64,000 nt of DNA from an uncultured Planctomycetia bacterium (GTDB lineage Bacteria > Omnitrophota > Gorgyraeia > Duberdicusellales > 4484-171): the NCBI GenBank assembly GCA_964483625.1, contig CAZABB010000001.1, forward strand, positions 67,222 through 131,221. Direction: 5' to 3'. Positions 1-9,500 of this stretch are shown here, in pieces. A model generated the notes under the pieces. That model did no database searches. It was not told where the DNA came from and worked only from the letters and a program-made list of their open reading frames with translations. Made by a program: the position numbers and the translations under genes. Position 1 is the stretch's first letter, and each line of letters begins with the position of its first letter.

Positions 1-661
1 CGACATACTGACCCCCATGCAATTGCCCCACATATAACACCAATTGTTTGTCGATTCTATATTTTTCACGTATCGGATTCCCCGAAACACCCGGATGGAA
101 AAGCATAAGGTCAGCTCCCACCGGCGCGTCGAAAATTCTTTCCGGAGGTATGCTGAGTCGTTCACATTCCAATTTCAGCCGCTGGCTGGCGCATGATACC
201 GTATCAACCAATCGCGGGATATTCCGCTCTAAGATATTTATAAAATGCCAAATCATAGTGCGCAGTATTCCCGGTTTGGTCGAAGCTTCGTATATTTTAA
301 CTTCCCAATCGTCCCAGTCATAATGGAGCGGTTTTTTTCTGAAAAATCCCGCGATAAGCGCCGGCAACACCGCATAATAAAAACATTTCTGAAAATGGAT
401 AATATCGGCAGCCCCGGCGATCCGATAGGTCTTTACGACATTGGCCAAAAGATGCCTTATCCCCAGCTTTCGGCATAAGGGAACCACGGTAAACCTTTCC
501 TGCGGTTGAAAAGACCGCTGATTTTTCCATTCCAGAGGAAAATAGATAAGCGTCACCTCTGAGCCGGTTTTCACGAATTCTCTGGCAAGCGACACGATAC
601 GGATAGTCCAGGGTTCCAAAGGGGAAAAAATATCGTGGGGATGGACCATCATTATATGCAT
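1..661 (-). CDS. Glycosyltransferase family 4 (GT4), 5'-complete and 3'-truncated by the window edge
   Basis: Reverse-complement translation from the ATG at 661 gives MHIMMVHPHDIFSPLEPWTIRIVSLAREFVKTGSEVTLIYFPLEWK..., a typical Glyco_trans_4 N-terminal domain. There is no stop before position 1. It is absent from the ORF track because it is truncated; the overlapping track ORF 318..668 is in a different frame. Confidence 0.65.
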   Translation of the reverse strand, partial: MHIMMVHPHDIFSPLEPWTIRIVSLAREFVKTGSEVTLIYFPLEWKNQRSFQPQERFTVVPLCRKLGIRHLLANVVKTYRIAGAADIIHFQKCFYYAVLPALIAGFFRKKPLHYDWDDWEVKIYEASTKPGILRTMIWHFINILERNIPRLVDTVSCASQRLKLECERLSIPPERIFDAPVGADLMLFHPGVSGNPIREKYRIDKQLVLYVGQLHGGQYV

Positions 662-770
662 TTCTCAACCTCCCGGGAATATCCGCGTCTTCTTTATTTT
701 TTTGACAGTCCAGAGAAGCGTATCCACCAGCATCGATAGAATTATCAAAAGGATTAAACGGCAGATTTTC

Positions 771-2471
771 TTAAAAGTAGCGATATAAATCATACAATTT
801 CAGTTCTTCAAGCGTCCGGATAATTGTTTGATGGTTGTCACAGTGATCGCAGTGCTCGTCATAGAGTACCTGTCCGTTAAGGAATTGAGCGTCCCGGTGA
901 CTTTTGAGATATTTTGCCTGACGCCGCCACTGCCAGTATTCGGGTGAATACCAGACTTCTTTAAAGGACTTCTTGTCCAGATATCCTACCGTACGCAGAT
1001 GACAGCAGAAACTCATGTCGTATTGAGCCGGAATAAGATTGAAATACCAGCCGATCGTACACCCGTGGTTTAAGAAGAAACCTTTTGACCAGGCTCCGGT
1101 CTGTTCATCATAATGGTTTAGTTGAAATTCAAAATTATCGACAAGTTCTATATTATGTTTCCGTAAGAGCCGAGTGATCTCCGGGATCATTTTTCTCATA
1201 GCATGGACTTCTTCCGGTTTTAACTGCAAGAATCGATTCATGACATCCAACCGGATCAGATAGAATCGTACCGCATCCGGCGCGATTTCAACATCCATCT
1301 TGGCCATCTCGACCAACTCATGATAGTTCATCGTATGGATCACATGGCTGACAATGAGGCGGGGATGCCGTCTCTCCTTTCGCCGGCGGATCCGCATTAA
1401 TCGTTTAAGGTTCTCTTTAATCGCATAAAACGTCTCCGCGGGTTGTGTGACACAGACCTCATGATACGTCCGGGCCGTACCGGCGGGGAAGCTACAGTAA
1501 ATCTCATTCACCCCTAGATCAATGATTTCCTCTGCTTTCGCCTTATCCAGAAGGATTCCGTTGGTAAAGAAGAGCACTCCCAGGTTTTTATTCCGGGCAT
1601 ACCGTAGCATCGGCATGAATTTCTCATACATCAACGGTTCTCCGTCACCCTGCAGGATGATTCCGTCAACCATCATGTCCGATGCGTCATCGATAATGGC
1701 TTTGAACCGTTCGAAATCAAACTTACGATTCAGGAACTCCTCCGGTTGCGTTACCGCCGGCGTATGCACCCAGCAATGCTGACAGCGGGAATTGCAGCGG
1801 TGAAAAGGATCGAAAACGATTGTCTGCGGCCCGATAAACACCTGTTCGGTAATGACGCCGAGCAACCGCAATAGATCTTTTTCTTTACCGGAATTACAGC
1901 GAGCATGCCGGGCTACTTTATCAATGATTTCTTCCAGTTGATCATCGCAGGATTCAATCTCGATGGGATACGATCGAATCGCATCCTGCATGCAAGCCAT
2001 ATATTCTCTGAAGTGTTCGGTCAAATCCTCTACGGGAAAAAGACGCAGAGAGGGAAGCCGTATCTCCCACGGCATCCCCAGAAGATCCAGGCAACACTTG
2101 ATAATCTTGGGAATACGGAAAAAATTGTATCTTGATACCCCGACTACAATACGTATCTCCCGATCTGTTTGCGAAGCGGCCCGGATTCTGTCGGTATTTC
2201 TTTGAAAGCTCCCGGTTTCTCCCGTTATCTTCTCATGGAGCTCAGCGAAATCTCCCCACAGATACACCTGAGAGCTGTCTTGAGCGGACGGGAGCACTCC
2301 TACCCCCTTGCTTTTTTGCCCGCACATACCTACCTTGCTATTTTTTCCGGTAATATTTTTAAGAAAAGCGGTTTTTTTGAATGAGTTAGGGAGCCACATC
2401 TTCATGCATTTCCTCCTTATAACAATTGACCATTCCCGCGCAGTTCTTTCGGCAGCGACGTATTCTCTCAC
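771..2471 (-). CDS. Radical SAM/SPASM-domain protein with a ~230-aa N-terminal extension; shorter paralog of the C-terminal ~560 aa of the 1056-aa protein at 21666..24836
   Basis: CNSRCQHCWVH cluster (C-x3-C-x2-C), GDGEPL, FFTNGILLD, C-terminal CCHLRT...CDHCDNHQ Cys-rich tail. The N-terminal region (VYLWGDF...IRIVVGVSRYNFFRIPKII...LRLFPVEDL) aligns to residues ~560-660 of the 1056-aa protein. The start is uncertain because of an 86-nt overlap with the upstream gene. Confidence 0.75.
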   Translation of the reverse strand: MREYVAAERTAREWSIVIRRKCMKMWLPNSFKKTAFLKNITGKNSKVGMCGQKSKGVGVLPSAQDSSQVYLWGDFAELHEKITGETGSFQRNTDRIRAASQTDREIRIVVGVSRYNFFRIPKIIKCCLDLLGMPWEIRLPSLRLFPVEDLTEHFREYMACMQDAIRSYPIEIESCDDQLEEIIDKVARHARCNSGKEKDLLRLLGVITEQVFIGPQTIVFDPFHRCNSRCQHCWVHTPAVTQPEEFLNRKFDFERFKAIIDDASDMMVDGIILQGDGEPLMYEKFMPMLRYARNKNLGVLFFTNGILLDKAKAEEIIDLGVNEIYCSFPAGTARTYHEVCVTQPAETFYAIKENLKRLMRIRRRKERRHPRLIVSHVIHTMNYHELVEMAKMDVEIAPDAVRFYLIRLDVMNRFLQLKPEEVHAMRKMIPEITRLLRKHNIELVDNFEFQLNHYDEQTGAWSKGFFLNHGCTIGWYFNLIPAQYDMSFCCHLRTVGYLDKKSFKEVWYSPEYWQWRRQAKYLKSHRDAQFLNGQVLYDEHCDHCDNHQTIIRTLEELKLYDLYRYF

Positions 2472-3450
2472 GGATGTCTTCGGCCTTTTCTGAATGCCAG
2501 AGGTCTCTTATGCTATCTTTTTTAACATTGCCTATTGATCCCATTTCACAACACAAATGAGCATCTCCTTGATGATTCACATTCAAAAATTTATCTCCTA
2601 AATAACAAGGGATATCTCTGACCGATTGCTGAGGGTTAGCGAAATATCGTTTGAACCGCTCAAGCTGGGCAATCGGGTTATCGATCCGATAGCCCGAATT
2701 TTTGCGGGCGATCAACGCGTCGATCACAGAATAAACCCGGGGAATATCCTTCGGCCAGAGGCTGTTGAACTCTTCCTTTCGATACCAAAACGGGTCGATA
2801 GGAACCATATTCGGCCGCATCAATGCCATAAATGATACGGAAATACCGTTGTCCTGAACCCATTCGGTCAGATCTAGGATACCTTCCAGATTCGGCCCCA
2901 TGATGATCGTCTGAAGATTAATATTTTTCAGTCTCCCCCGATAGTCATTCAAATAGCCGACTGCCTGTTTAGCACGAATACATGCCCCCTTTGTTCCCCG
3001 CAGGGTATCGTGTACGGTCTCATCCATACTATCGAGCGAAACGGGAAGAAAAGTCAATCCGGAATCGGCAACGCGCCGGGCGGCATCACGATCGAGAAGG
3101 AATCCATTGGTCACCATCGAGGAAAAGGGAAAGTCCTGTCTCCCGATAAATTCAATAAGTTCAAATATTCCCTGTCTCATCAGCGGCTCGCCTCCGGCGA
3201 TATTGATACCGAAAGAATCACTCGCCAACCCTTTTAGTTCCATGATAAACCGGGATAATTCCTCATTGCTCATTTCATTCCCGTGGCAGGAGCTTTTCCA
3301 GGTGTGGCACATCTTGCATCGAAACATACACCGTTGCGTTACTTCAATCACACAAAAATTCAATTTTTTCATTTCCCGTTTTAACATTTCTTTTTCAAAA
3401 CTTCGCCCTTTCCCGTTTAATCTTTTGGTTTCACTTTCAAGATATTCCAA
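2386..3450 (-). CDS. Radical SAM/SPASM-like protein, short tandem paralog (family A)
   Basis: CMFRCKMCHTW, GGEPLM, MVTNGFLLD, LDSMDETVHDTLRG, C-terminal CYLGD...HLCCEMGSIGNV...CRKNCAGMVNCY. Confidence 0.8.
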   Translation of the reverse strand: MEYLESETKRLNGKGRSFEKEMLKREMKKLNFCVIEVTQRCMFRCKMCHTWKSSCHGNEMSNEELSRFIMELKGLASDSFGINIAGGEPLMRQGIFELIEFIGRQDFPFSSMVTNGFLLDRDAARRVADSGLTFLPVSLDSMDETVHDTLRGTKGACIRAKQAVGYLNDYRGRLKNINLQTIIMGPNLEGILDLTEWVQDNGISVSFMALMRPNMVPIDPFWYRKEEFNSLWPKDIPRVYSVIDALIARKNSGYRIDNPIAQLERFKRYFANPQQSVRDIPCYLGDKFLNVNHQGDAHLCCEMGSIGNVKKDSIRDLWHSEKAEDIRERIRRCRKNCAGMVNCYKEEMHEDVAP

Positions 3451-5438
3451 AACCGTCCCATTTTATAAAAAAGACTGTTACGAATTTTATCATTATAATA
3501 TGCTGCTTCCTTCTGATTGCCGTCGATAGCCAATATGTCCCCGAAAACCTTCAGCGCTAATTCATAATTACGCTGACGGTAATATAGCTGCCCCAATCCC
3601 AGAAGGGATACCACGTCGTGAGGCACCTTTCCCAGAACATATTCGAACTCCTTCCTGGCCTCTCTCACACGGCCTTGAACCAGGAAACAAAGTCCGAGTC
3701 CTTGACGAGCATACACATTCTCATTCGTTATCCTTAATGCGTTCTGAAATGCCTGTACAGCCTCCGGAACCTGCTTCAACTCATAATAACAAACTCCCAA
3801 TTCCTGATGAATATGAGTATTCTCCGGTTCAAGATCGAGAGCCTTGCGGAACATTTCGATAGCCGGCCCGAATTGATTTTCCATCCGGTGGCATTTACCC
3901 AGCTCATAGTACGCCCAGCCGGCACAGGAAGGATTCCGAAGAACCTCATGATATTCCTGACGCGCCCGGGAGAGATCTCCTACCGCGGCATAACAAACCC
4001 CCAATTCCTGATGAATATGAGTATTCTCCGGTTCAAGATCGAGAGCCTTGCGGAACATTTCGATAGCCGGCCCGAATTGATTTTCCATCCGGTGGCATTT
4101 ACCCAGCTCATAGTACGCCCAGCCGGCACAGGGATTACTCTCCAGTATGAAACGATACTCCTGAGCTGCTTTCTCTAATTGATTTGTTGCCATATAACAA
4201 ATACCCAATTGGCGGCGCACTTCTTCACCCATACCGTTAAGAAGACTAAATTCCCTAATCGCCTTATCATGTTGTCCTAAGGCGGCGTAACACATCCCTG
4301 CATTTCTACGTACCTCTTGATTTCCCGGCTGGTTTTGCAGTATTTGCATAAACTCGCCGGCGGCGCGATCGAATTCCCTTCCCGCCATATAATATTCTCC
4401 CGAACGCAGATGGGAACGAAAATGATATTCATCCTCTTTTTCAAAGGCAACCATGAAGTTAATTACACAACATCGTCTTCCCGCCCCCCGCTGATTTATT
4501 TTGGCGCGAATCGCATCCGCTCTGGAAGAAAACCAGAGCGTCCGGAGATCATCCTTCTGAACATTCCCCAGTACATACCCACTGAGATAAATCGTACCTG
4601 TTTCATCCAAATCCAATATGTAATCGTGAATATGACAATCCGTTTCTTTCATAAAAACGTCCGGATCGACATAGTACTTTTTAAATGCTTCAAGCTGGGC
4701 GTAAGGATTCCAGATTTTAAAGCCTCTTTTCTTTAACATTATCAACTCGTCCATCACTCTGTGCAATGTAGCCGTATTTTGCGGCCACAGCTGATTATAC
4801 TCCGGCCTCCGGAACCAGTTGTTACGGGGATGAACAAGCCCGGTCTCCTGCAAAGCGAGGAAAGATATCTGTTCAAATGCGTCCTCGTTGTTTACCCAGT
4901 GTGTTAATTCAAGGATATCATCCAGATTCTTTTCCATGATAATGGTAAGGATCGTAAGCGCCAAATTATCTTTCCGGTTATGTTTATGCCTTTTAAGATA
5001 GTCTATAGCCCTCAGAACTTTCTCGAGAACGCCTTTTTCTCCCCTTAAGAAATCATGAACATGCGGTCGCAAACTTTCTAGAGAGATCGCCAACACATTC
5101 AACCGGGACGCGACGATACATTTGGCAAAATCTTCATCAATGAGGCAGGCATTTGTCGAGATAATCGACGTAAACCCTTTGTTGCCGATATAATCACAAA
5201 GATCAAGACACCAATCGATCAGAAACGGTTCCCCTCCCATAATATTTATTTCCAAAGAAGGATTTTCAACCAGATCCCGCAGTGAATCAATAAATCTTTT
5301 CGCCTGGTCAAAGGTGAGCCCGGGAGAATCCGAACCACATTTCCAAGCCGTACACATCTTACAATGCAACATGCAACGGTTGGACAACACAATATCACAG
5401 AATCTCGGGTAATGTATCGAAAACGAAACATCCTTCAT
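3417..5438 (-). CDS. Radical SAM (family A) fused to C-terminal TPR repeat domain
   Basis: N-terminal CMLHCKMCTAW, GGEPF, STNACLID, Cys-rich CVINFMVAF region. The C-terminal ~330 aa are TPR-like (YYELGKCHRMENQFGPAIEMFRKALDLEPEN, repeated exactly twice). Confidence 0.75.
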   Translation of the reverse strand: MKDVSFSIHYPRFCDIVLSNRCMLHCKMCTAWKCGSDSPGLTFDQAKRFIDSLRDLVENPSLEINIMGGEPFLIDWCLDLCDYIGNKGFTSIISTNACLIDEDFAKCIVASRLNVLAISLESLRPHVHDFLRGEKGVLEKVLRAIDYLKRHKHNRKDNLALTILTIIMEKNLDDILELTHWVNNEDAFEQISFLALQETGLVHPRNNWFRRPEYNQLWPQNTATLHRVMDELIMLKKRGFKIWNPYAQLEAFKKYYVDPDVFMKETDCHIHDYILDLDETGTIYLSGYVLGNVQKDDLRTLWFSSRADAIRAKINQRGAGRRCCVINFMVAFEKEDEYHFRSHLRSGEYYMAGREFDRAAGEFMQILQNQPGNQEVRRNAGMCYAALGQHDKAIREFSLLNGMGEEVRRQLGICYMATNQLEKAAQEYRFILESNPCAGWAYYELGKCHRMENQFGPAIEMFRKALDLEPENTHIHQELGVCYAAVGDLSRARQEYHEVLRNPSCAGWAYYELGKCHRMENQFGPAIEMFRKALDLEPENTHIHQELGVCYYELKQVPEAVQAFQNALRITNENVYARQGLGLCFLVQGRVREARKEFEYVLGKVPHDVVSLLGLGQLYYRQRNYELALKVFGDILAIDGNQKEAAYYNDKIRNSLFYKMGRFWNILKVKPKD
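3789..4132. repeat. Internal direct duplication (~140 bp identical copies at 3789..3928 and 3992..4132, 204-nt period) inside the TPR part of the rSAM-TPR gene
   Basis: Identical strings ...aacaaac(t/c)cccaattcctgatgaatatgagtattctccggttcaagatcgagagccttgcggaacatttcgatagccggcccgaattgattttccatccggtggcatttacccagctcatagtacgcccagccggcacagg occur twice. They encode an exact 49-aa protein repeat, a pair of TPR units. Confidence 0.9.
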
Positions 5439-5450
5439 TTCACACCTATT

Positions 5451-6455
5451 CTATCTAGATTCTTCTTCATACCAGCAATTGATAATATGATGGCAGTTCT
5501 TCGCACACCGGGCAATCTCCTCCCTTCGTTTTTCCGCCGCTGATGAATGCCAGATATCCTTAAAACCTGCCGTTTTTATATTGCCGATTCCCCCCATAAA
5601 CGGACACATATTGATTTCCCCTTCGGGATTGACTGAAAACGTTGTACCCTGGACCATATTACATACGTATCTTTTGATAAAATGGTCCGGATGTGAGAAA
5701 TATTCTTTAAAAACACTAAGCTGAGAAAGGGGATTTACAATTTTATACCCCTTTTCTTTCCGGCTGATAAGCTGATCAATCACTGAATCTGCCAATTCTG
5801 TGTCTTGCGGCCAAATCCAGCGATATTCTTCATCCTGATACCACCGTTCTCGAGGAGAAGTATGAAAAGGCTGCATGACTGCCTGTAAAAAAATATGGTG
5901 AATAGTGCCGTTCTGCTGTACCCAGTCGGTCAACGGCACGATATCCTCCATATTCGGCCCCATGATTACTGTATCGATGGCAACTTCAAGGTTTGTTTTA
6001 TGGCGTCTAAGCGACTCGATTGCTTCCATCACCCGCCGATAGCTTCCTTTTATTCCCCTCAAAAAATCATGAATTTGTGCGTCAGTACTGTATAACGTCA
6101 ATGCGATGTTGTTCAAGCCGGAATCACAAAGCTGTTTTGCTAATTCTTCGGTCAAATCATACGCACTGGTTGCCAAGGAGGTCCGGAAGCCCTGCCGGGC
6201 ACAATAACCAAGCAACTCAACAAGCATATCGGGTAATCGCAAAGGCTCTCCTCCTCCGAAGATTACACAGAAATCATCGTGAACATGCCCGGAGATGGAC
6301 TTCAAAAAGTCTTTCCATTGCTCAACCGACGGCCGGATAATGTTTTTCTCGTCGTTCTTCCATAGATGACACATCCGGCATCTTAATCCGCAACTTAATG
6401 TGAGTAACGCCACACAACTCTTTGGTTTCATACTTTTGACCGGACGAGAAATCAT
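5451..6455 (-). CDS. Radical SAM/SPASM-like protein, short tandem paralog (family A)
   Basis: CGLRCRMCHLW, GGGEPL, ATSAYDL, TLYSTDAQIHDFLRG, C-terminal CNMVQG...CPFMGGIGN...CAKNCHHIINCWY. Confidence 0.8.
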   Translation of the reverse strand: MISRPVKSMKPKSCVALLTLSCGLRCRMCHLWKNDEKNIIRPSVEQWKDFLKSISGHVHDDFCVIFGGGEPLRLPDMLVELLGYCARQGFRTSLATSAYDLTEELAKQLCDSGLNNIALTLYSTDAQIHDFLRGIKGSYRRVMEAIESLRRHKTNLEVAIDTVIMGPNMEDIVPLTDWVQQNGTIHHIFLQAVMQPFHTSPRERWYQDEEYRWIWPQDTELADSVIDQLISRKEKGYKIVNPLSQLSVFKEYFSHPDHFIKRYVCNMVQGTTFSVNPEGEINMCPFMGGIGNIKTAGFKDIWHSSAAEKRREEIARCAKNCHHIINCWYEEESR

Positions 6456-6477
6456 TTATCACCTCTGGTTGAAACTG

Positions 6478-7485
6478 TTATTCAGACGAAGCGACAGGAG
6501 GAAATGATTGTTCCTCTTGAAAAAAACAATTAACCATCGATTTACAATTACGTTTGCACTGGCGGATATGTTTACGAACATCTCTCGCTTTCTCCCCCAG
6601 CCACATATCTGGGAATCGATCGGAATGAATATTCCCAATCGGCGCAAGCGACTGGCATAAAAACACATCGCCGCGCGGGTTAATACTAAGAGAACTGTAC
6701 CCTAAATGACATTGACTACGTTTAATGGAACGTTCCGGATTATTAAAATAGGCCTTAAATGCCTTCAACTGTCCAATCGGATTGTTGATTTTAAACCGAG
6801 TTTCTCTTAAATTAATCAATTCATCAACAATCGAGTTTATTTTCTCAAAATTCTGCGGCCAGAGAAATTTAAATTCATCTTTTTGATGCCATTGATTGTC
6901 CGGTTCGGTATTAAAAGGCTGCATAACCGCCTGGAAACTGATCCCGTCAATCTCATTGCGGGAATCGACCCATCGGGCTAAATCAATGATCTCATCGAGA
7001 TTAGCCTCCATAATGGTCGTGACAATATTTATCTGAGGATATTCTCGTCTACACTGCGAAACAATTTCGATTGCCCGCAAAACTTGATCATGAAGTCCTT
7101 TTTTCCCACGCAAATCATCATGAATACGAGGATTAAGACTATCTAACGAAAAGACCAGCGTATTCAATCCTGAAGATATAATTTTTTCAGCTACAGTCCC
7201 ATCGACTAAAAATCCATTGGTCGTCATCGTAGTAGTAAACTCTTTCTCGGCAGCAAAATGGATAAGATCGAATATCCCTTCTTTTATAAGAGGCTCCCCT
7301 CCGACAAATTGTATTTGCACAGCACTACCGAAATATTCATACAGTTGCCGCAGAAATTCCTTCCATACGGCAGGCGGAGTAAATGATGAGTTATTCGGAA
7401 TCCTCCACATCCGACACATCTTGCAACGCAAAAAACAATTCTCGAGGAGGATAAGATCGCAATGTGTTAATTGTCGACTCCTCAT
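6478..7485 (-). CDS. Radical SAM/SPASM-like protein, short tandem paralog (family A)
   Basis: CFLRCKMCRMW, VGGEPL, MTTNGFLVD, SLDSLNPRIHDDLRG, C-terminal CHLGYS...FLCQSLAPIGN...CKRNCKSMVNCFF. Confidence 0.8.
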   Translation of the reverse strand: MRSRQLTHCDLILLENCFLRCKMCRMWRIPNNSSFTPPAVWKEFLRQLYEYFGSAVQIQFVGGEPLIKEGIFDLIHFAAEKEFTTTMTTNGFLVDGTVAEKIISSGLNTLVFSLDSLNPRIHDDLRGKKGLHDQVLRAIEIVSQCRREYPQINIVTTIMEANLDEIIDLARWVDSRNEIDGISFQAVMQPFNTEPDNQWHQKDEFKFLWPQNFEKINSIVDELINLRETRFKINNPIGQLKAFKAYFNNPERSIKRSQCHLGYSSLSINPRGDVFLCQSLAPIGNIHSDRFPDMWLGEKARDVRKHIRQCKRNCKSMVNCFFQEEQSFPPVASSE

Positions 7486-7492
7486 AATGATC

Positions 7493-8515
7493 TTACAGTA
7501 ATGTCTTATCGATAAAACAATTAATCCCGATGAGACAGATATGCCGGCAATGATAGATCTTCTCTCTCTGCAATTGCGCTTCTTTCGAATACCACAAGTC
7601 TTTTAGCTTTGCACTGCGCACATTACCCAAAGATGAGCCTTGGGAAGGACAGAGAAAAGCCTCCCCCGTAGGCCTTAGATATATGGAATAATTCCCCTGC
7701 CGACAACGTATTTTTTCCCCATACGTTTGAGGATTCTGGAAATAGTTTTTAAACATTTCCAATTGTTCCCGGGAATTCGCAATTTTATAACCAGCTTCCT
7801 TATATTTAATTAATGTGTCGATAATTTTCGCCATATCATCTTTATCATGCGGCCAGAGGTCACTCCATTGTTCTTTCTCATACCACTGAGCATCTCGAAC
7901 CGTGGCAATAGGCTGAGATACTGCCTGATAATAAATGGCACCTAAATATTTGTTATCCTGCATCCATTGAGCAAGCGGGATAAGGTCATCTTTATTTTTT
8001 TCCATGATGACCGTAAGAAGGCTGATACCCCGAGCCTTTACGGCGATCAGATAATCAAGAGCGCGCATAAGATGTTGATACGCTCCTTCTTTTCCTCTCA
8101 GTGAATCATGCGTGGACTCATTGAGGCTTTCTAGAGAAAGACTGATGACATCGAGCCCTGAAGCAACGATTTCCCGCGCTACGGACTTATCAATCAGAAA
8201 CCCATTGGTCACCATAGCCGTCGCGAATCTCTTCTTATGTGCATAGTGGACCAAATCGAAAATCCCCTCTTTGAGCAGAGGTTCGCCGCCGACGATATGA
8301 ATACGAATATTATCCGATCCGAACTCCTCGAGTGAGTCCACCACACGCATCCATTCTTCAATCGAGAGCTCTTCCTCGGCGGGCTCATTTTCCCAGAATC
8401 TACACATTTTACACCGGAAAAAGCAGCGTTCGGTTATTCCAATATCACAAAAAATCGGAGGTGTTATTTCCCCCTCGATACTATGTCTCTGAATTGATTG
8501 ATTTAAATCGCTCAT
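7493..8515 (-). CDS. Radical SAM/SPASM-like protein, short tandem paralog (family A)
   Basis: CFFRCKMCRFW, VGGEPL, MVTNGFLID, SLESLNESTHDSLRG, C-terminal CRQGNY...FLCPSQGSSLGN...CRHICLIGINCF. Confidence 0.8.
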   Translation of the reverse strand: MSDLNQSIQRHSIEGEITPPIFCDIGITERCFFRCKMCRFWENEPAEEELSIEEWMRVVDSLEEFGSDNIRIHIVGGEPLLKEGIFDLVHYAHKKRFATAMVTNGFLIDKSVAREIVASGLDVISLSLESLNESTHDSLRGKEGAYQHLMRALDYLIAVKARGISLLTVIMEKNKDDLIPLAQWMQDNKYLGAIYYQAVSQPIATVRDAQWYEKEQWSDLWPHDKDDMAKIIDTLIKYKEAGYKIANSREQLEMFKNYFQNPQTYGEKIRCRQGNYSIYLRPTGEAFLCPSQGSSLGNVRSAKLKDLWYSKEAQLQREKIYHCRHICLIGINCFIDKTLL

Positions 8516-9485
8516 CTTCCTGAAAAAAACAATTTACGATATTATGACAGGTCCGGGTACACGCGTACATCTCACATCGGGCCTTCTCTGCTGTCTCCGA
8601 AAACCATAATTCCTTTATGTCGTCCCGGATGACATTTCCGAGGGGCCGGCCGAAACAGCATAAGAAAATGTCTCCTTTATGATCGATATTCAAGACCGAA
8701 TCTCCCAGCCGGCATGTTTTATCGGAAACCCTTACACACGGGTTTTTAAAATACGCTTTAAATAATTCCAGCTGAGCCCGGGGATTGCTTACGACTCCGT
8801 ACATTTCTTTAAACCGGATAACCTCTTCAATAATCTCGCATAGTGTGGGGATATCGCCGGGCCAAAGAGAAGAAAATTCCGGCTGATGATACCAATCATC
8901 TTCGGTCGCGGTAAAAAAAGGACGCGCGATCGTCTGGAAATATACCGAATCCACATAAGGGGTATCTTTTACCCAACGGATATGCCGGAGAAGTTCACGA
9001 TAATTTTCTCCGGAGACGACCGTGATGATCTGAACGGGAAAATCCCGCCGGAATTGCTTGAGATATCGCAAACCGTTTACGGCACGGTCATACGCACCGG
9101 GTGTACCGCGCAGAGAATCGTGTGTTTGCCGGTCACAGGAATCAAGGGAGAGAGACACCTGGTCGACACCGGCAGCGACAATATCGCGAGCTTTTTTCTC
9201 ATCGAGAAGGAATCCGTTGGTGACCAGACCAACCTTAAATCCTTTCTTCTTGGCGGCAGAGATCAACTCGAACATCCCTGCCTCAAGTAACGGTTCGCCA
9301 CCGGTAAAAATGATCTCGCCTTGTCCGGACATCAGCCGGTTAAGATCGTCGATAACCTTAAGCCACGCTGAACCATCGAGACTTTCCGGATCGGGAGGAA
9401 GCTTCCACATATGACACATCTTACACCGCAGCATACAGCGGGTATGCAGTACGATCGAACAGGCGTTGGGAGCGTTCTTAACCAT
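8481..9485 (-). CDS. Radical SAM/SPASM-like protein, short tandem paralog (family A)
   Basis: CMLRCKMCHMW, TGGEPL, LVTNGFLLD, SLDSCDRQTHDSLRG, C-terminal CRLGDS...FLCCFGRPLGN...CTRTCHNIVNCFF. Confidence 0.8.
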   Translation of the reverse strand: MVKNAPNACSIVLHTRCMLRCKMCHMWKLPPDPESLDGSAWLKVIDDLNRLMSGQGEIIFTGGEPLLEAGMFELISAAKKKGFKVGLVTNGFLLDEKKARDIVAAGVDQVSLSLDSCDRQTHDSLRGTPGAYDRAVNGLRYLKQFRRDFPVQIITVVSGENYRELLRHIRWVKDTPYVDSVYFQTIARPFFTATEDDWYHQPEFSSLWPGDIPTLCEIIEEVIRFKEMYGVVSNPRAQLELFKAYFKNPCVRVSDKTCRLGDSVLNIDHKGDIFLCCFGRPLGNVIRDDIKELWFSETAEKARCEMYACTRTCHNIVNCFFQEDERFKSINSET

Positions 9486-9500
9486 AGACGGATTCTTTCT

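Noticed and set aside
318-668. Track ORF (116 aa, minus) at the window start
   Set aside because: It is in the wrong frame. The adjacent frame starting at ATG 661 encodes a convincing GT4 N-terminal domain that runs off the window, and the 318..668 translation has no sensible features.
3807-4178. 123-aa plus-strand ORF containing an exact internal repeat (MNMSILRFKIESLAEHFDSRPELIFHPVAFTQLIVRPAGTG ×2)
   Set aside because: The repeat is just the antisense reading of the 140-bp duplication inside the rSAM-TPR gene. The sense (minus) frame encodes bona fide TPR repeats.
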